A DNA stretch of 63,964 nucleotides, filler included, from Octopus bimaculoides (taxonomy: Eukaryota): NCBI RefSeq assembly GCF_001194135.2. It is 7 parts of 7 records of this genome, joined end to end, with 100 filler letters (N's around TTAATTAATTAA, not from the genome) between each part and the next. Parts side by side here need not be neighbours in the genome. Positions count along the whole stretch, not along the records: positions 62,665 to 63,964 come from NW_026356032.1; 6 more parts are not named here. One strand, given 5' to 3'. Below, piece by piece: positions 62,934 to 63,964 of this stretch. Both the position numbers and the translations under genes were made by a program. The notes under the pieces are model-generated. The model made no database searches. It saw only the letters and a list, made by a program, of their open reading frames with translations, and was not told the origin of the DNA. Every line of letters starts with the position of its first letter. Position 1 is the stretch's first letter.

Positions 62934-63172
62934 ATTTGTGGGTTAACCAGGTTACCATTGGTTGTTAAAAGAGGCACATCTGTTGCATGGGATGTTGATG
63001 TTCATCTCCATCTTGGATGAAAACATGATACAAGGTAATTTTATTGTGTTTTCATCCAAGATGCAGACAAACACCAACATCCCATGCAACAGGCTTGATA
63101 ATTGTTAATAGATGTACTTCTCTTAACATGAAACCTGGTTAACTCACATAGTAGCCTCGTTAACCCACAAAT
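62934..63172. repeat. Long fold-back palindrome (MITE-like)
   Basis: Inner arms 62980-63025 / 63047-63092 match 42/46 with a 21 nt loop; further arms gtgggttaaccaggtt / aacctggttaactcac and atttgtgggttaac / gttaacccacaaat. Confidence 0.85.
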
Positions 63173-63199
63173 GAAGTGTGTGAGTGTCTTTTAATCAGA

Positions 63200-63964
63200 A
63201 ATTGCTGGCATGGGTTGGATGGTTTGACATGGGCCGGTCAGCTGAGGTGCTGAACCAGATTCCAGTCTGGTTTGGCTTGGTTTTCTATGGCTGAATGCCC
63301 TTCCTAACACCAACCACTCAGCAGAGTGTAATGGGTGCTTTTATGTGCCACTAGCATGGGTGCCACTTGCACAACACCAGTATCTACCACGACTACAATT
63401 TCACTCAGCTTGATGGATCCTCCTTCTTAAACACAGCATTTGTCATTGCCTCCATGGGCCCCAGCACTTGAAAGATGCTTTTTTATGTGCCACCAACATG
63501 GTTGCCAGTTCTATGACACCAGCATCAGCCATATTGCCTCCATGGGGCCCAATACTCAAAAGGTGCTTTTTATGTTGAGCATCACAGAAGCAATGACAAG
63601 TGACCGAGACCTTTGGAGCTGTGCTGTGCTTGAGAAGACCCGGCAAGCCAGGGGAGATTGTAGCTGTGGCCGATGCCAGTATCACATAACTGACCCCTTT
63701 AAAAGTACCCCTTCAATCGGGCAATATGCTAAATTTTTGATGACCTGTTGAACCAATTGAGATCATAGTTGTGGCCAAAGTCAGTGCCACCCGACTAGCA
63801 CCTGTGCCAGTGGCATGTGTAAAGCACCACTTGAGCGTAACCAATGCTAGTGCCGCCTGACTGGTTTCTATGCCAGTGGCATGTAAAAAGCACTATTCAA
63901 GCGTGGTCCATACAAGTGCCACCTGAATGGCACTCATGCCAGTGGCACATAAAAGCATCATTCA
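63200..63964. mobile_element. Two family D retroposon copies in opposite orientation (- 63200-63570, + 63575-63964)
   Basis: ctggcatgggttggatggtttgac..gaatgcccttcctaac (reverse of the 18150-18300 sequence), then a + strand array of gtggcatgtaaaaagcac units. Confidence 0.8.

Overview
AT-rich eukaryotic (metazoan) scaffold, saturated with microsatellites and broken by many N gaps. The SINE families and the style of the repeats point to a coleoid cephalopod, probably Octopus (inference from memory, not a database search). No host protein-coding gene could be established: nearly all supplied ORFs are microsatellite or N-run artefacts, and the window reads as intronic/intergenic DNA. It holds many decayed mobile elements: an L1/Tx1-type LINE 3' end (~3.9-5.0 kb), an internally deleted Helitron (~6.3-9.1 kb), a Merlin/IS1595-type transposase (~10.7-11.4 kb), an L2/CR1-type RT fragment, a Penelope-like RT ORF (~23.4-25.7 kb), an RTE 3' end, two R4/Dong-like fragments, at least three tRNA-derived SINE families, Helentron-type non-autonomous elements and MITEs. 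Main points of interest: (1) a ~2.2 kb retroelement-like unit at ~19.5-21.7 kb encoding an OTU cysteine-protease domain followed by a gag/ORF1-like CCHC protein, with no RT, whose 3' tail matches a SINE tail in this window; (2) an inverted pair of minimal hammerhead-ribozyme motifs at 58.15-58.25 kb; (3) a 560-bp TG..CG element with a TATA box inside (TAA)n; (4) several long fold-back structures. Family names come from recalled motifs and need confirmation by HMM/Repbase/Dfam searches.
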